From: Psychrobacter cryohalolentis K5
Lineage (GTDB): Bacteria > Pseudomonadota > Gammaproteobacteria > Pseudomonadales > Moraxellaceae
DNA: 32,000 nucleotides
Assembly: GCF_000013905.1 (NCBI RefSeq)
Contig: NC_007969.1
Coordinates: forward strand, 600,001-632,000
Direction of reading: 5' to 3'
The notes under the pieces are model-generated. The model searched no databases. It had not been told where the DNA came from and was given only the letters and a program-made list of their open reading frames with translations. Position 1 is the stretch's first letter. The number at the start of each line of letters is the position of its first letter. Below are positions 1-10,091 of the stretch, piece by piece. Position numbers and translations under genes: made by a program.

Positions 1-29
1 GTGGTGAAGTCGTCGCATTTGTAGCGTAA
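1..29 (+). CDS. rpsH: 30S ribosomal protein S8, 3' end only (gene starts upstream of the window)
   Basis: Frame 3 reads GEVVAFVA*, with the stop at 27-29. This matches the conserved S8 C-terminus (E. coli ...GGEIICYVA). It sits directly upstream of rplF, as in spc operons. Confidence 0.7.
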
Positions 30-203
30 GCTACACGACGATAAAGTCTATTTGACGCTGTTAGGCTTCTTTCAATGTGGTAATGATAAATTATTTAACA
101 TTGTTAGGTGTCTAACGCGGTCAACTATGCTAAACTAACACGCTTTTTAGCCTGTTAGTTTTTTCGCTAATATAAAGAAGTTAATTTTCTAAGGAATATT
201 CCT

Positions 204-737
204 ATGTCTCGTGTGGCTAAAGCCCCAGTGACGCTGCCAAACGGCGTAAGCGTTACTTTGAACGATCGGCAGGTCGAAGTTAAAGGCAAGAACGGCAATA
301 TGTCTTTACGCCTGCATGAATTGGTCGAGCTGAAACAGGAAGATGATGCAATCATTTTCTCACCTACAGTCGATTCAAAAGAAGCGATGATGCATACTGG
401 CACCATGCGCTCTTTACTAAATAATTTAGTAATAGGCGTTAACGAAGGCTTTGAAAAACGTCTTCAGTTGATTGGTGTTGGTTACCGTGCTCAAGCTGCT
501 GGTAATAAAGTAACGCTAAACGTTGGTTACTCACATCCAGTAGAATATACGTTACCTGAAGGTGTATCAGCTGAAACCCCAACGCAAACTGAAATCGTTT
601 TAAAATCAAACGATAAGCAGCAGCTTGGTCAAGCAGCAGCCGATATTCGCGGTTTCCGCCCACCTGAGCCTTACAAAGGTAAAGGTATTCGTTATAGTGA
701 CGAGCATGTGATTCGCAAAGAAGCCAAGAAAAAATAA
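204..737 (+). CDS. rplF: 50S ribosomal protein L6
   Basis: The N-terminus MSRVAKAPV... is near-identical to E. coli L6. 177 aa. AAGGA Shine-Dalgarno upstream. Correct spc operon position. Confidence 0.97.
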
Positions 738-748
738 GGTGAGTTGAA

Positions 749-1099
749 ATGTTTGATAAAAAAGCAGCTCGTCTACGTCGAGCTAAGAAAACCCGTGCAC
801 ATATCCGTTTTTTGGGCGTTCATCGTCTAACGGTTAATCGTACGCCAAGACACATCTATGCCCAGATTATCTCTCCGAACGGTGGTGAAGTGATTGCTCA
901 GGCATCTACCTTAGACAGCAGCTTGCGTTCAGGCGCGACTGGTAACGCTGATGCAGCGACGTCTGTAGGCCAAATGATCGCAGAACGCGCAAAAGCAGCT
1001 GGCATTACTAAAGTTGCATTTGACCGTAGTGGTTTTAAATATCATGGTCGAGTAAAAGCTTTAGCTGAAGCTGCTCGCGAAAACGGATTGGAGTTTTAA
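749..1099 (+). CDS. rplR: 50S ribosomal protein L18
   Basis: 116 aa. [16 protein letters not shown]... is a typical L18 N-terminus. It follows rplF by 11 nt. Confidence 0.97.
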   Translation: MFDKKAARLRRAKKTRAHIRFLGVHRLTVNRTPRHIYAQIISPNGGEVIAQASTLDSSLRSGATGNADAATSVGQMIAERAKAAGITKVAFDRSGFKYHGRVKALAEAARENGLEF

Positions 1100-1101
1100 T
1101 C

Positions 1102-1617
1102 ATGGCTAGAAATGATAAAAATGATAAAAATGAACAGACTGACGGTCTAGTAGAACGCTTAGTTACCGTTGATCGCGTTGCAAAAGTTGTTAAAGGTGGT
1201 CGTATTTTCTCTTTCACTGCGTTGACCGTAGTGGGTGATGGCAATGGTCGTGTTGGTTTTGGTCGCGGTAAAGCACGTGAAGTGCCAGCTGCTATTCAAA
1301 AAGCACTAGAAGCTGCCAAACGTAATATGATTACTGTTGAGCTAAATGATGCAACTTTGTATCATCCGATCAAAGCACGTCATGGTGCTAGTAAAGTCTA
1401 TATGCAACCTGCATCTGAAGGTACTGGCGTAATCGCTGGTGGCGCAATGCGTGCTGTATTAGAAGTTGCTGGTGTCAAAGATGTTTTGACTAAATGTTAT
1501 GGTTCTACCAACACTGCTAACGTTGTTCGTGCAACGTTTAACGGTTTACGTGATATGTCAACTCCAGAAAAGATGGCAGCAAAACGTGGTAAATCTGTAG
1601 ACGAAATCTTGGGTTAA
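1102..1617 (+). CDS. rpsE: 30S ribosomal protein S5
   Basis: 171 aa. Conserved S5 core ([38 protein letters not shown]). Correct operon position. Confidence 0.97.
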   Translation: MARNDKNDKNEQTDGLVERLVTVDRVAKVVKGGRIFSFTALTVVGDGNGRVGFGRGKAREVPAAIQKALEAAKRNMITVELNDATLYHPIKARHGASKVYMQPASEGTGVIAGGAMRAVLEVAGVKDVLTKCYGSTNTANVVRATFNGLRDMSTPEKMAAKRGKSVDEILG

Positions 1618-1637
1618 CTTAGACTAGGTGAGTTACG

Positions 1638-1817
1638 ATGAAAAAAATGAAAGTCACTCAATTCAAATCGGGTGCCCATCGCCTCAAGAGCCACAAAGCA
1701 TGCTTGAAAGGATTGGGTTTACGCCGTATTAATCATTCTGTTGTAGTAGAAGATACTCCTTCAACTCGTGGTATGGTCAATCGCGTTAACTACTTGGTAA
1801 AAGTGGAGGAAGCGTAA
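1638..1817 (+). CDS. rpmD: 50S ribosomal protein L30
   Basis: This 59-aa ORF is below the track cutoff and I read it by hand: [65 protein letters not shown] Shine-Dalgarno upstream. Its stop overlaps the rplO ATG (TAATG). Confidence 0.93.
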   Translation: MKKMKVTQFKSGAHRLKSHKACLKGLGLRRINHSVVVEDTPSTRGMVNRVNYLVKVEEA

Positions 1818-2257
1818 TGGGTCTTAGATTAAATGAATTATCACCAGGTGTTGGCGCAAAGAAAACTGCCCAACGTCGTGGTCGTGGTATCGGTTCAGGC
1901 CTTGGTAAAACTGGTGGTCGTGGTGTAAAAGGTCAGAAATCTCGTTCAGGTTCTAGCATACGCTCAGGATTTGAAGGTGGTCAAATGCCTTTATATCGTC
2001 GTCTACCAAAATTCGGTTTTACCAGTAAAATGGCTATGACGACTGCTGAAGTTCGTCTGTCTGAACTGAGCCAAATTGAAGGCGATGTCGTTAGTATTGA
2101 AACTTTGAAAGCTGCTAACCTTATCCGTCGTGATATGAAGCGTGCGCGCGTTATGTTGTCGGGTGAAGTCACTAAAGCTTATACTTTTAAAGGTATCAAA
2201 GTGACTAAAGGCGCTAAGCAAGCAATCGAAGCTGCTGGTGGTAGCATCGAGGAGTAG
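1817..2257 (+). CDS. rplO: 50S ribosomal protein L15
   Basis: 146 aa. [11 protein letters not shown]...[21 protein letters not shown] is the canonical L15 N-terminus. Confidence 0.97.
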   Translation: MGLRLNELSPGVGAKKTAQRRGRGIGSGLGKTGGRGVKGQKSRSGSSIRSGFEGGQMPLYRRLPKFGFTSKMAMTTAEVRLSELSQIEGDVVSIETLKAANLIRRDMKRARVMLSGEVTKAYTFKGIKVTKGAKQAIEAAGGSIEE

Positions 2258-2261
2258 TAAC

Positions 2262-3608
2262 GTGTCAAAGCAATCAATGTCATCGACTGGTATACCGCTT
2301 AATCCTTTTGCCTTTATACGTAAGTATGATGAGCTATGGACGCGTTTGTTATTCTTAATCGGCGCATTGATTGTTTATCGTTTTGGGTCGCATATCCCAG
2401 TACCGGGTATCAATCCGGTTAACTTGGCTGATCTGTTTTCGCGCAACGAAAATACCATTCTGAGCATGTTTAATATGTTCTCAGGTGGTGCACTAGAGCG
2501 TATGTCCATCATGGCACTTGGTATTATGCCATATATCTCAGCATCGATTATTGTACAGATGATGTCTGCGGTATTGCCATCGCTTGAAGCTCTCAAAAAA
2601 GAGGGTGAAGCGGGACGACGTAAGCTAAACAAGTATACCCGTCAAGGGACACTTGCATTAGCTCTAGTACAGTCATTAGGGATGTGTGCTGGCTTAATCA
2701 GTCAAAACCTTACTTTATCTTCTGGTCTGACTTTCTATATTCCAGCGGTTACTTCACTGGTAGCTGGTGCTATGTTCTTAATGTGGCTTGGTGAGCAGAT
2801 TACAGAGCGCGGCGTAGGTAATGGTATCTCAATGCTCATTTTTGCGAGTATTGTGGCTGGTACGCCAGGTATGATTTCGCAGTCTATTGAACAGGTCAAC
2901 CAAGGTCAAATGAACTTGATTGTCCTCTTTATCTTTGCACTGTTAGGTGTCGCGGTTACTGCGGGTATCGTCTATATTGAACGTGCTCAGCGCCGTGTTC
3001 CTGTCAATTATGCGCAAAAACAACAGCAAGGTCGCAAGATTTACGCTCAGCAGCAATCACATTTGCCGTTGAAGCTAAATATGGCAGGGGTTATTCCTGC
3101 TATTTTTGCTAGCTCATTGCTATTGTTTCCTGCAAGTTTAGGGCAGTGGGTTGGTCAATCGCCTGATCCTACCTTGACGCAAAAGATATTGCAAAATATG
3201 GCATTGGTGTTGTCCCCAGGACAGCCGCTGTATCTCGTTCTATTTGGTGCAATGATTATCTTTTTCTGTTACTTCTACACGGCATTGGTATTTAGTCCGC
3301 GTGAAGTGGCTGAAAACCTTAAACGTAGTGGTGCGTATATCCCAGGTATTCGCCCAGGACAACAAACTCAGCGTTACCTCGATCATGTATTAAACCGATT
3401 GACCTTTATTGGCGCGATGTATATGACGGTTATTTGTTTAATGCCAATGGTCGTGCAGTCATCGTTTGGTGTGCCGTTTCAACTTGGTGGTACGTCGTTA
3501 CTGATTATGGTGGTTGTGGTAATGGACTTCATCTCGCAGATTCAAGCGCATTTGATGACCCATCAATATCATGATCAGACGTTAATTCAATCGCCCACTC
3601 AACCTTAA
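2262..3608 (+). CDS. secY: Preprotein translocase subunit SecY
   Basis: Multi-TM protein with SecY signature stretches ([34 protein letters not shown]). It follows rplO. The start is uncertain: GTG 2262 is preferred because of a GGAG 10 nt upstream. The alternatives are ATG 2277 and the track start 2238, which overlaps rplO. Confidence 0.95.
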   Translation: MSKQSMSSTGIPLNPFAFIRKYDELWTRLLFLIGALIVYRFGSHIPVPGINPVNLADLFSRNENTILSMFNMFSGGALERMSIMALGIMPYISASIIVQMMSAVLPSLEALKKEGEAGRRKLNKYTRQGTLALALVQSLGMCAGLISQNLTLSSGLTFYIPAVTSLVAGAMFLMWLGEQITERGVGNGISMLIFASIVAGTPGMISQSIEQVNQGQMNLIVLFIFALLGVAVTAGIVYIERAQRRVPVNYAQKQQQGRKIYAQQQSHLPLKLNMAGVIPAIFASSLLLFPASLGQWVGQSPDPTLTQKILQNMALVLSPGQPLYLVLFGAMIIFFCYFYTALVFSPREVAENLKRSGAYIPGIRPGQQTQRYLDHVLNRLTFIGAMYMTVICLMPMVVQSSFGVPFQLGGTSLLIMVVVVMDFISQIQAHLMTHQYHDQTLIQSPTQP

Positions 3609-3640
3609 ATGAGCGGTACGATATCTCAAAGGAGTATGCT

Positions 3641-3757
3641 ATGAAAGTTCAAGCATCAGTTAAAAAGATTTGTGGTAGCTGTAAAGTTGTGCGCCGTAAA
3701 GGCCGTGTACATATCATTTGTACCGCAGAACCTCGCCACAAGCAACGCCAAGGTTAA
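3641..3757 (+). CDS. rpmJ: 50S ribosomal protein L36 (zinc-ribbon C-x2-C...C-x4-H form)
   Basis: 38-aa ORF read by hand: [42 protein letters not shown] Shine-Dalgarno upstream. Correct position after secY. Confidence 0.95.
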   Translation: MKVQASVKKICGSCKVVRRKGRVHIICTAEPRHKQRQG

Positions 3758-4014
3758 TAATTTAAGCAAGTCAGTTTTAAGTGATTGGCTTGCTTATTAA
3801 ATTAATACTTGAAAAATAACGGCGGATGCGATATCATCCGCCACTTGCCGTAGTTTATGCAAAATCTTTTATGAAATGATCAATGAATAGATTGGTTTAC
3901 CAACTCGAAGCAGCGATAATAATTATAAAAGCTTTAGTATTGACAGCAACAAATCTGAAAAATAACACTTTATTTTAATGAATAAGGGTATTTTTCTTTA
4001 ATGGAGAGAAATCA

Positions 4015-4371
4015 ATGGCTCGTATTGCCGGCGTAAACATTCCGGATAATAAGCATGCTGTTATTTCACTAACTTACATCTTTGGTGTAGGTCGTACCAC
4101 TGCTCAGAAAATCTTAGAAGCAGTTGGCATTGCCCCTAGTACTAAAGTCAGTCAGTTAGATGATACACAGTTAGATGCTATCCGTGCACAAGTTGCAGAA
4201 TACATGACTGAAGGTGATCTTCGTCGTGAAGTGTCAATGAATATCAAGCGCTTGGTTGATCTTGGTTGTTACCGTGGCATCCGCCATCGTCGTAACTTAC
4301 CAGTCAGAGGTCAAAACACCAAGAACAACGCTCGTACTCGTAAGGGTCCGACACGCCCTCTCAAAAGATAA
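4015..4371 (+). CDS. rpsM: 30S ribosomal protein S13
   Basis: 118 aa. [19 protein letters not shown] is the canonical S13 N-terminus. GGAGAG Shine-Dalgarno upstream. Confidence 0.97.
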   Translation: MARIAGVNIPDNKHAVISLTYIFGVGRTTAQKILEAVGIAPSTKVSQLDDTQLDAIRAQVAEYMTEGDLRREVSMNIKRLVDLGCYRGIRHRRNLPVRGQNTKNNARTRKGPTRPLKR

Positions 4372-4391
4372 TTAACTTAGGAAGCTAAAAG

Positions 4392-4781
4392 ATGGCAAAA
4401 GACACTCGCAGTCGCAAAAAGGTGGCTCGTCGTTCAGTATCGGAGGGCATTGCCCATATCCATGCGTCTTTTAATAACACCATTGTTACGATTACCGATC
4501 GTCAAGGTAATGCATTGGCTTGGGCCACTTCAGGTGGACAAGGCTTCCGTGGTTCACGTAAATCTACACCATTTGCAGCTCAGGTTGCAGCTGAAGTCGC
4601 TGGTAAAGCGGCTCAAGAATATGGTGTTAAGAACATCGATGTTTTGGTCAAAGGACCAGGACCGGGTCGTGAGTCTGCGGTAAGAGCACTAGGTGCATTG
4701 GGTTATAAAGTCAACAGCATCTCTGATGTAACCCCAATCCCACACAATGGTTGCCGTGCGCCGAAAAAGCGCCGCGTCTAA
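4392..4781 (+). CDS. rpsK: 30S ribosomal protein S11
   Basis: 129 aa. Contains [45 protein letters not shown], which is highly conserved in S11. Confidence 0.97.
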   Translation: MAKDTRSRKKVARRSVSEGIAHIHASFNNTIVTITDRQGNALAWATSGGQGFRGSRKSTPFAAQVAAEVAGKAAQEYGVKNIDVLVKGPGPGRESAVRALGALGYKVNSISDVTPIPHNGCRAPKKRRV

Positions 4782-4829
4782 TATTAAAGACGAAGCTTTT
4801 TATAATAGAAGCTTATAGGAGACATAACA

Positions 4830-5471
4830 ATGGCCCGTTATATTGGACCAAAACTCAAATTATCACGTCGTGAAGGCACTGACTTAGGTCTTAAGTCTGG
4901 TGTTAAACCATACGACGTAAAAACGAAAAAATCGGCTCGTCCACCTGGTCAACATGGTGTTAGCCGTAACAAAAGCTCAGAGTACTCTCTACAGTTACGT
5001 GAAAAACAAAAAGTTAAACGTATCTACGGTGTATTAGAGCGTCAGTTTGCAAACTACTACAAAGAAGCTGCTCGTAAGCGTGGCGCTACTGGTGAAAACT
5101 TGTTAGCAATGCTTGAGAGCCGTCTTGATAACGTAGTATATCGTATGGGCTTTGGCTCTACGCGCGCTGAAGCACGTCAGTTAGTTAGCCATCGTACTGT
5201 TATGGTGAAAAAAGCTGGCCGTGATGAGTTTATTCGTGTGAATATTCCATCAATTCAGTTGCAAGATGGTGATGTCATCGCTATCCAAGAGAAGTCTCGC
5301 GAGCAATTACGTATTAAAAACGCAATTGAGCTGGCTACCCAACGTGGTATTCCAGAATGGCTAGATGTTGATCACAGCAAGCTACAGGGCACGTTCAAAA
5401 AAGCGCCTGATCGTATTGATCTACCTGCTGAAATCAACGAAAGCTTAATCGTTGAGCTATACTCTAAGTAA
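4830..5471 (+). CDS. rpsD: 30S ribosomal protein S4
   Basis: 213 aa. [17 protein letters not shown] and the C-terminus NESLIVE.YSK are typical of S4. Confidence 0.97.
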   Translation: MARYIGPKLKLSRREGTDLGLKSGVKPYDVKTKKSARPPGQHGVSRNKSSEYSLQLREKQKVKRIYGVLERQFANYYKEAARKRGATGENLLAMLESRLDNVVYRMGFGSTRAEARQLVSHRTVMVKKAGRDEFIRVNIPSIQLQDGDVIAIQEKSREQLRIKNAIELATQRGIPEWLDVDHSKLQGTFKKAPDRIDLPAEINESLIVELYSK

Positions 5472-5552
5472 GTAACGTACTGCTCGATGCTGTTCACATG
5501 GCATTGAGCAATTAACGTTAATTAAACCAGTTTAATAAATCGAGGTGACATC

Positions 5553-6560
5553 ATGATGCTAAATGCAACTGAGTTTCTAACGCCGAACGCCATCAACGTG
5601 GATACGGTTAATGAAACGATTGCGAAAGTCACGCTCGAACCGTTAGAACGCGGCTTTGGGCATACCTTGGGTAATGCCTTACGTCGCATCTTGTTATCTT
5701 CATTACCTGGTGCTGCAGTCATTGAAGCTGAGATTGATGGTGTTGACCATGAATACTCAACGCTTGAAGGACTACAAGAAGATGTGCTTGATTTGCTTTT
5801 GAACTTAAAAGGCTTAGCAATCACCCTTCATGACCAAAATGAAGTATTTTTGACCTTGGATAAACAAGGTCCAGGCACTATTACTGCTGCAGACATTACG
5901 TTACCGCACAATGTAGACATCATCAATCCAGAATTGGTATTGGGTACATTGAGTGACCGTGGTCATCTAAAGATGCGTTTGCGCGTAGTAATGGGTCGTG
6001 GATATGAGCCAGCAAACCAGCGCCGTGAAGATGGTGATACTAAAGCGATTGGACGCTTGAAGCTTGATGCAAGTTTTAGTCCTGTGCTTCGTGTTGCTTA
6101 TCAGGTTGAGAACGCACGTGTAGAACAACGTACCGATCTTGATCGTCTTATCATTGAGCTTGAAACAAATGGCACTATAGATCCAGAAGAAGCAATTCGT
6201 AAAGCAGCCACTATATTACAACAACAGATTTCTATCTTTGTTGACCTAGAAGCTGAAGAAGCGCCTGAGCCTGTGAAAGAAAAAGAAGAGGTTGATCCGG
6301 TGCTATTACGCCCTGTGGACGATCTTGAACTAACGGTTCGCTCAGCCAACTGCTTAAAAGCTGAAAACATTTACTATATCGGTGATTTGGTACAGCGTTC
6401 AGAGACTGAACTTCTAAAAACCCCAAATCTTGGTAAGAAATCATTGACAGAAATCAAAGACGTACTAGCGTCTAAAGATTTGGAGCTTGGTATGCGCCTA
6501 GATAACTGGCCACCAGCTGATTTACGTGTTGATGATCGCTTTTCTTATCGTAGCCGTTAA
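5553..6560 (+). CDS. rpoA: DNA-directed RNA polymerase alpha subunit
   Basis: 335 aa. Has the N-terminal dimerisation-domain motifs ([24 protein letters not shown]) and the C-terminal domain ([39 protein letters not shown]). Confidence 0.98.
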   Translation: MMLNATEFLTPNAINVDTVNETIAKVTLEPLERGFGHTLGNALRRILLSSLPGAAVIEAEIDGVDHEYSTLEGLQEDVLDLLLNLKGLAITLHDQNEVFLTLDKQGPGTITAADITLPHNVDIINPELVLGTLSDRGHLKMRLRVVMGRGYEPANQRREDGDTKAIGRLKLDASFSPVLRVAYQVENARVEQRTDLDRLIIELETNGTIDPEEAIRKAATILQQQISIFVDLEAEEAPEPVKEKEEVDPVLLRPVDDLELTVRSANCLKAENIYYIGDLVQRSETELLKTPNLGKKSLTEIKDVLASKDLELGMRLDNWPPADLRVDDRFSYRSR

Positions 6561-6579
6561 ACTTTAAGGATTTTTGACT

Positions 6580-6939
6580 ATGCGCCATCGTAAGAGTGGA
6601 GTCAAGCTGGGTCGTACCGGCAGTCATCGTAAGGCAATGTTTCAGAACATGACCAACTCATTATTTGAGCATGAACTGATCAAAACAACTTTACCAAAAG
6701 CAAAAGAGTTACGTCGCGTTGCTGAGCCATTGATCACTATGGCTAAAGAAGACAGCGTTGCTAACCGTCGCTTGGCATTTAGCCGTATGCGTAGCAAAGC
6801 TATGGTAGGCAAATTATTTGGTACTCTTGGTCCTCGTTACCAAGCTCGTCCAGGTGGTTATTTGCGTATCGTAAAATGTGGTTACCGTGATGGTGACAAT
6901 GCGCCTATGGCTTATGTAGAATTGGTTGATCGCGACTAA
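6580..6939 (+). CDS. rplQ: 50S ribosomal protein L17
   Basis: [13 protein letters not shown]... matches the L17 N-terminus. The ATG at 6580 has an AAGGA 9 nt upstream. The track start (TTG 6574) is probably two codons too early. Confidence 0.96.
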   Translation: MRHRKSGVKLGRTGSHRKAMFQNMTNSLFEHELIKTTLPKAKELRRVAEPLITMAKEDSVANRRLAFSRMRSKAMVGKLFGTLGPRYQARPGGYLRIVKCGYRDGDNAPMAYVELVDRD

Positions 6940-6964
6940 TTTTATAATAACCAAAATATGTACA

Positions 6965-6998
6965 TAAAAAAGCTCCAATTCAATTGGAGCTTTTTTTC
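6965..6998. terminator. Rho-independent terminator between convergent rplQ and yciO, with a bidirectional shape
   Basis: AAAAAAGCTCCAATTcAATTGGAGCTTTTTTT: a perfect 10-nt inverted repeat flanked by an A-run and a T-run. Confidence 0.85.
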
Positions 6999-7060
6999 GT
7001 TTAAATTTTTGTATGATCGTTAGGCAAGTGCATATTTAAAAACTTACAGTATGTCTATAT

Positions 7061-7678
7061 CTACAGCAATGAGCTTACATCAGCAGCACCTTGCCGAATG
7101 ATTTCTGGCTGGCTACTGGTCATATCGACGATGGTCGTAAGTTTGGTGGTTTTAATGCCAGCATTAATGAGACCATCTATCTGATTGCCTAATAATTCTT
7201 CGATCTCGAAAGGGTCATCTAATATATCATCACGATTCGGTAGTATTAATGAGCTGGTTAAAATAGGTTCATCCATCGCTTCTAATAAAGCTTGGGCAAT
7301 AGCATTACTTGGAACACGAATACCAATGGTTTTTTTCTTTGCATGTGCCAGCTTCTTAGGGACATCTTTGGTGGCGTTTAAAATAAAGGTAATCGGTGCT
7401 GGTGTATGCGATTTGAGCTGTTTAAATTGGACATTGTCTACTGCAGCATAATTCGCAATCTCACTTAGATCACGGCAAAGTAGAGTGAATTGATGTTTAT
7501 CATCAAGTGCGCGTATTTGTTTTAGTTTTTCCAAGGCATCTTTTGCGCCCAAGCGACAGCCGAAAGCGTAACTGGTATCAGTCGGATAAATAATCAATTG
7601 ATCTTTACGTAATAAATCTGCTACTTGCTCAATCAGCCGTGGCTGTGGATTTTCTGGATGAATATAAAATACTTGCAT
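7061..7678 (-). CDS. yciO: YciO-family protein (paralogue of YrdC/Sua5 L-threonylcarbamoyladenylate synthase)
   Basis: 205 aa. It is colinear with E. coli YciO as I remember it: FYIHP.NPQ.RLI.Q, YPTD..YA.GC, FTL.CRDLSE...Y..VDN, KKTIG.RVPSN.IAQALLEA. I assign it to YciO rather than TsaC on length and these motifs. Confidence 0.85.
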   Translation of the reverse strand: MQVFYIHPENPQPRLIEQVADLLRKDQLIIYPTDTSYAFGCRLGAKDALEKLKQIRALDDKHQFTLLCRDLSEIANYAAVDNVQFKQLKSHTPAPITFILNATKDVPKKLAHAKKKTIGIRVPSNAIAQALLEAMDEPILTSSLILPNRDDILDDPFEIEELLGNQIDGLINAGIKTTKLTTIVDMTSSQPEIIRQGAADVSSLL

Positions 7679-7924
7679 AATAATTCCTTATTTTATAATT
7701 ATTAGAATTTGGTTATTGGGCAGATGGTGATGATAAAAATTTGTTTAAGATGAACTTTACTTTTTGTACTAAAGATTAAAATACGGCTTTATTAAGTAGT
7801 ATAGCGTAAAGTAAATATAAGTTTATGGGCAAGGCGTTAACGTGAGTATAAAATCGTTAACAATAGCCAGTCGTGTAATGAGTTTTGATGACAATAATAA
7901 AAAATCTTACGTTGTAGGTTTTAG

Positions 7925-8740
7925 CTAAGATACGGCGCAGATAGTGAGTAAAGCTTGTAGCAAGGTTTTAGCATCAGATGGTAAGGTATCTGGTTTAGTA
8001 ATATATGTTTGAACTTGTTGATAAACATCTTGAGCAAAAGTACTACCACTGGTATCAAAATCTGCAAATAAATTATCTTGTGATACTTGAAAAGGTCGTC
8101 CACAAGCTAAGGTAAACAAACACTCTATAGCTTGTGGCTTAACCTCAACACGTTCAAATGCCTGCTGCTGAGCCGCTGAGCGTCCGTCAGGTGCATACCA
8201 GTAGCCAAAGTCAGGTAGTTGTCTACGTCGTTCACCTGCCATACAAAAATGGCTTATTTCATGCAATGCACTAGCAAAAAATCCATGAGCAAACTCAATT
8301 CTTGCGGGTTGATTGCTCTGGGCAGGAAAGTATTCGGGCTCGCCAGTACTACGAACCAAGATAACCTGTTTGCTGATAAATAAATGATTAAATAGATCAA
8401 TAAGCCAATCAGTCAGTGCTCGCTCAATACTTTCAAACGATAATTCATTTTGTAAATTAAGATCGGTTAAACTATTTTGAATAAATTCGCATACTTTGAT
8501 AGGCTCAATGATCTCTTTAGCAGAATGAATCAAATAGTTATTAGCCAAATATTGCCACTGTAATGACAGTTTTTTTAATGAGGCATCTTCCTCAAGATTG
8601 ATACTATGTTCAGTAGGATTTGTTTTCTGACTTTGTAATTCATTCAAACGGTGTAATAAATTTTTGGCATCAATAGTAGATAATAAATTGGAAAAATCAG
8701 GAGAAACGGTAGGCGATATCATAAATAAAACTTTAATCAA
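7925..8740 (-). CDS. epmC: Elongation factor P hydroxylase (EpmC/YfcM family) with a long N-terminal extension
   Basis: The C-terminal ~170 aa carry the EpmC signatures FAHGFFASALHEISHFC.AG..RR...DFGYWY.PDGR....Q..FE.VEVKPQA. The start is uncertain: the track start at 8740 is TTG, the first ATG is at 8722, and neither has a clear Shine-Dalgarno sequence. Confidence 0.8.
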   Translation of the reverse strand: MIKVLFMISPTVSPDFSNLLSTIDAKNLLHRLNELQSQKTNPTEHSINLEEDASLKKLSLQWQYLANNYLIHSAKEIIEPIKVCEFIQNSLTDLNLQNELSFESIERALTDWLIDLFNHLFISKQVILVRSTGEPEYFPAQSNQPARIEFAHGFFASALHEISHFCMAGERRRQLPDFGYWYAPDGRSAAQQQAFERVEVKPQAIECLFTLACGRPFQVSQDNLFADFDTSGSTFAQDVYQQVQTYITKPDTLPSDAKTLLQALLTICAVS

Positions 8741-8884
8741 GTAAATGATAATAGAGCAGGATGTCCCATCTCTTTAGGTAAACAATGACAAGGAAATTGC
8801 CAAAAAATATTAACATACTAGCGCTAGCGCAACAGGGCGCTTTCCGTTAGTATGGCAGGCAATATTATACACCGTTTTTGATCA

Positions 8885-9490
8885 ATGAGGCCGCGTATGT
8901 CAAGCACCCAAGATAACAAGCCGTCAGCGCTTCATGCTAGTAAAGTACAAGTGCCTACGTCAACCAGCATGCCTGATAACATCTCTTTAAATAAGTGGGA
9001 AGACACTGGCTTTGAATGGGCAGGTGAAGAAGCTCCCAGCTCTTTTGAGCGTCTTGCGACTATTTTAGCTAGCGAGCATGAACAATCAAATATTGTGCTA
9101 AATACCACTCTGTATCGTCGTAACAATGTACTGCATTTGGCTTTCACATTGACTGGTGAAGTCTGGCTGACTTGCCAGCGCTGTCTGCGACCGATTGCTA
9201 TTGATTTGAGTGATGAGTATGATATTGCGCTTCTTGATAATGAAAGCCAAATACGCCTAGTTAATGAAGAGCAAGATTATTTATTGTTAGACGAAATTGT
9301 CACTGAGCAATCGCCAGAGCGACTATTACCATTTAAAAAATTGGTAGAAGATGAGATTTTGCTCAAAACGCCAATGGCGCCAAAACATGATGACTGTGAA
9401 ATGAGTGTTGAGCAGTTTGGTAAAATACCTGAAGAAGAAGAAACCGAAAATCCTTTTGCTGCTTTAGCATCTTTGAAAGGTAACTTATAA
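8885..9490 (+). CDS. yceD: YceD family protein (DUF177, 23S rRNA accumulation protein)
   Basis: 201 aa, acidic. Has the C..CL... motif (LTCQRCLRPI) and the C-terminal ENPFAALASLK typical of YceD. It lies directly upstream of rpmF, as in E. coli. Confidence 0.85.
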   Translation: MRPRMSSTQDNKPSALHASKVQVPTSTSMPDNISLNKWEDTGFEWAGEEAPSSFERLATILASEHEQSNIVLNTTLYRRNNVLHLAFTLTGEVWLTCQRCLRPIAIDLSDEYDIALLDNESQIRLVNEEQDYLLLDEIVTEQSPERLLPFKKLVEDEILLKTPMAPKHDDCEMSVEQFGKIPEEEETENPFAALASLKGNL

Positions 9491-9811
9491 CGCTATAAAC
9501 GGCATTTATAAAAGATATATTCTATTATATTTTTGCCCGCTTTATGCAGAAGAGTGAAAAGCAGGGCTTTATTAATCCGTTAAACATGCGTATAATGTCC
9601 CGTTTATTGCATTCTAGCAATCTGCCATTGGCAGAGAGAAGCTAACCTTGCAGACTAACTATAGATTTTAGACGTAATCAACACTTTAATACGTGGCAAT
9701 CTATTTAACTAATGATGCGTAAGACTTAGGTTGTTGTGATTATATAGCCTCTGTCAGTGTCGATTAAAGCTGAATTTCAAGCTTATCCCTTTTAAGTATA
9801 GGAGCTATATC

Positions 9812-9994
9812 ATGGCCGTTCAAAAAAGTCGTAAAAGTCGTTCACGTCGTGACATGCGCCGTTCACATCATCGTATGGAAATCGCTGAAATAAGCGTTGA
9901 TGCTACTACTGGTGAAAAACATCGTCGTCATCATATGACCAAAGATGGTTTTTATCGTGGTCGTCAGTTGTTTAAAGTAAGTCAAGACGCTTAA
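9812..9994 (+). CDS. rpmF: 50S ribosomal protein L32
   Basis: 60 aa. [19 protein letters not shown] is the canonical L32 N-terminus. GGAG Shine-Dalgarno upstream. Confidence 0.96.
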
Positions 9995-10091
9995 TTTATT
10001 GTTATTTGATGGCTGCTAAAGATGATGATGGTTTTTATGACTGTCGATGTTCTTTATCAGACTATTATTCAGCAATTGGTTTGAGCTAATG

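Noticed and set aside
10009-10089. A 26-codon ORF (MAAKDDDGFYDCRCSLSDYYSAIGLS) lies between the rpmF stop and the downstream hairpin. Similar mini-ORFs occur in the fabG-acpP gap, for example 12289-12339.
   Set aside because: There is no convincing Shine-Dalgarno for the first, no recognisable family for either, and ORFs of this length are expected by chance. Only Ribo-seq could rescue them.
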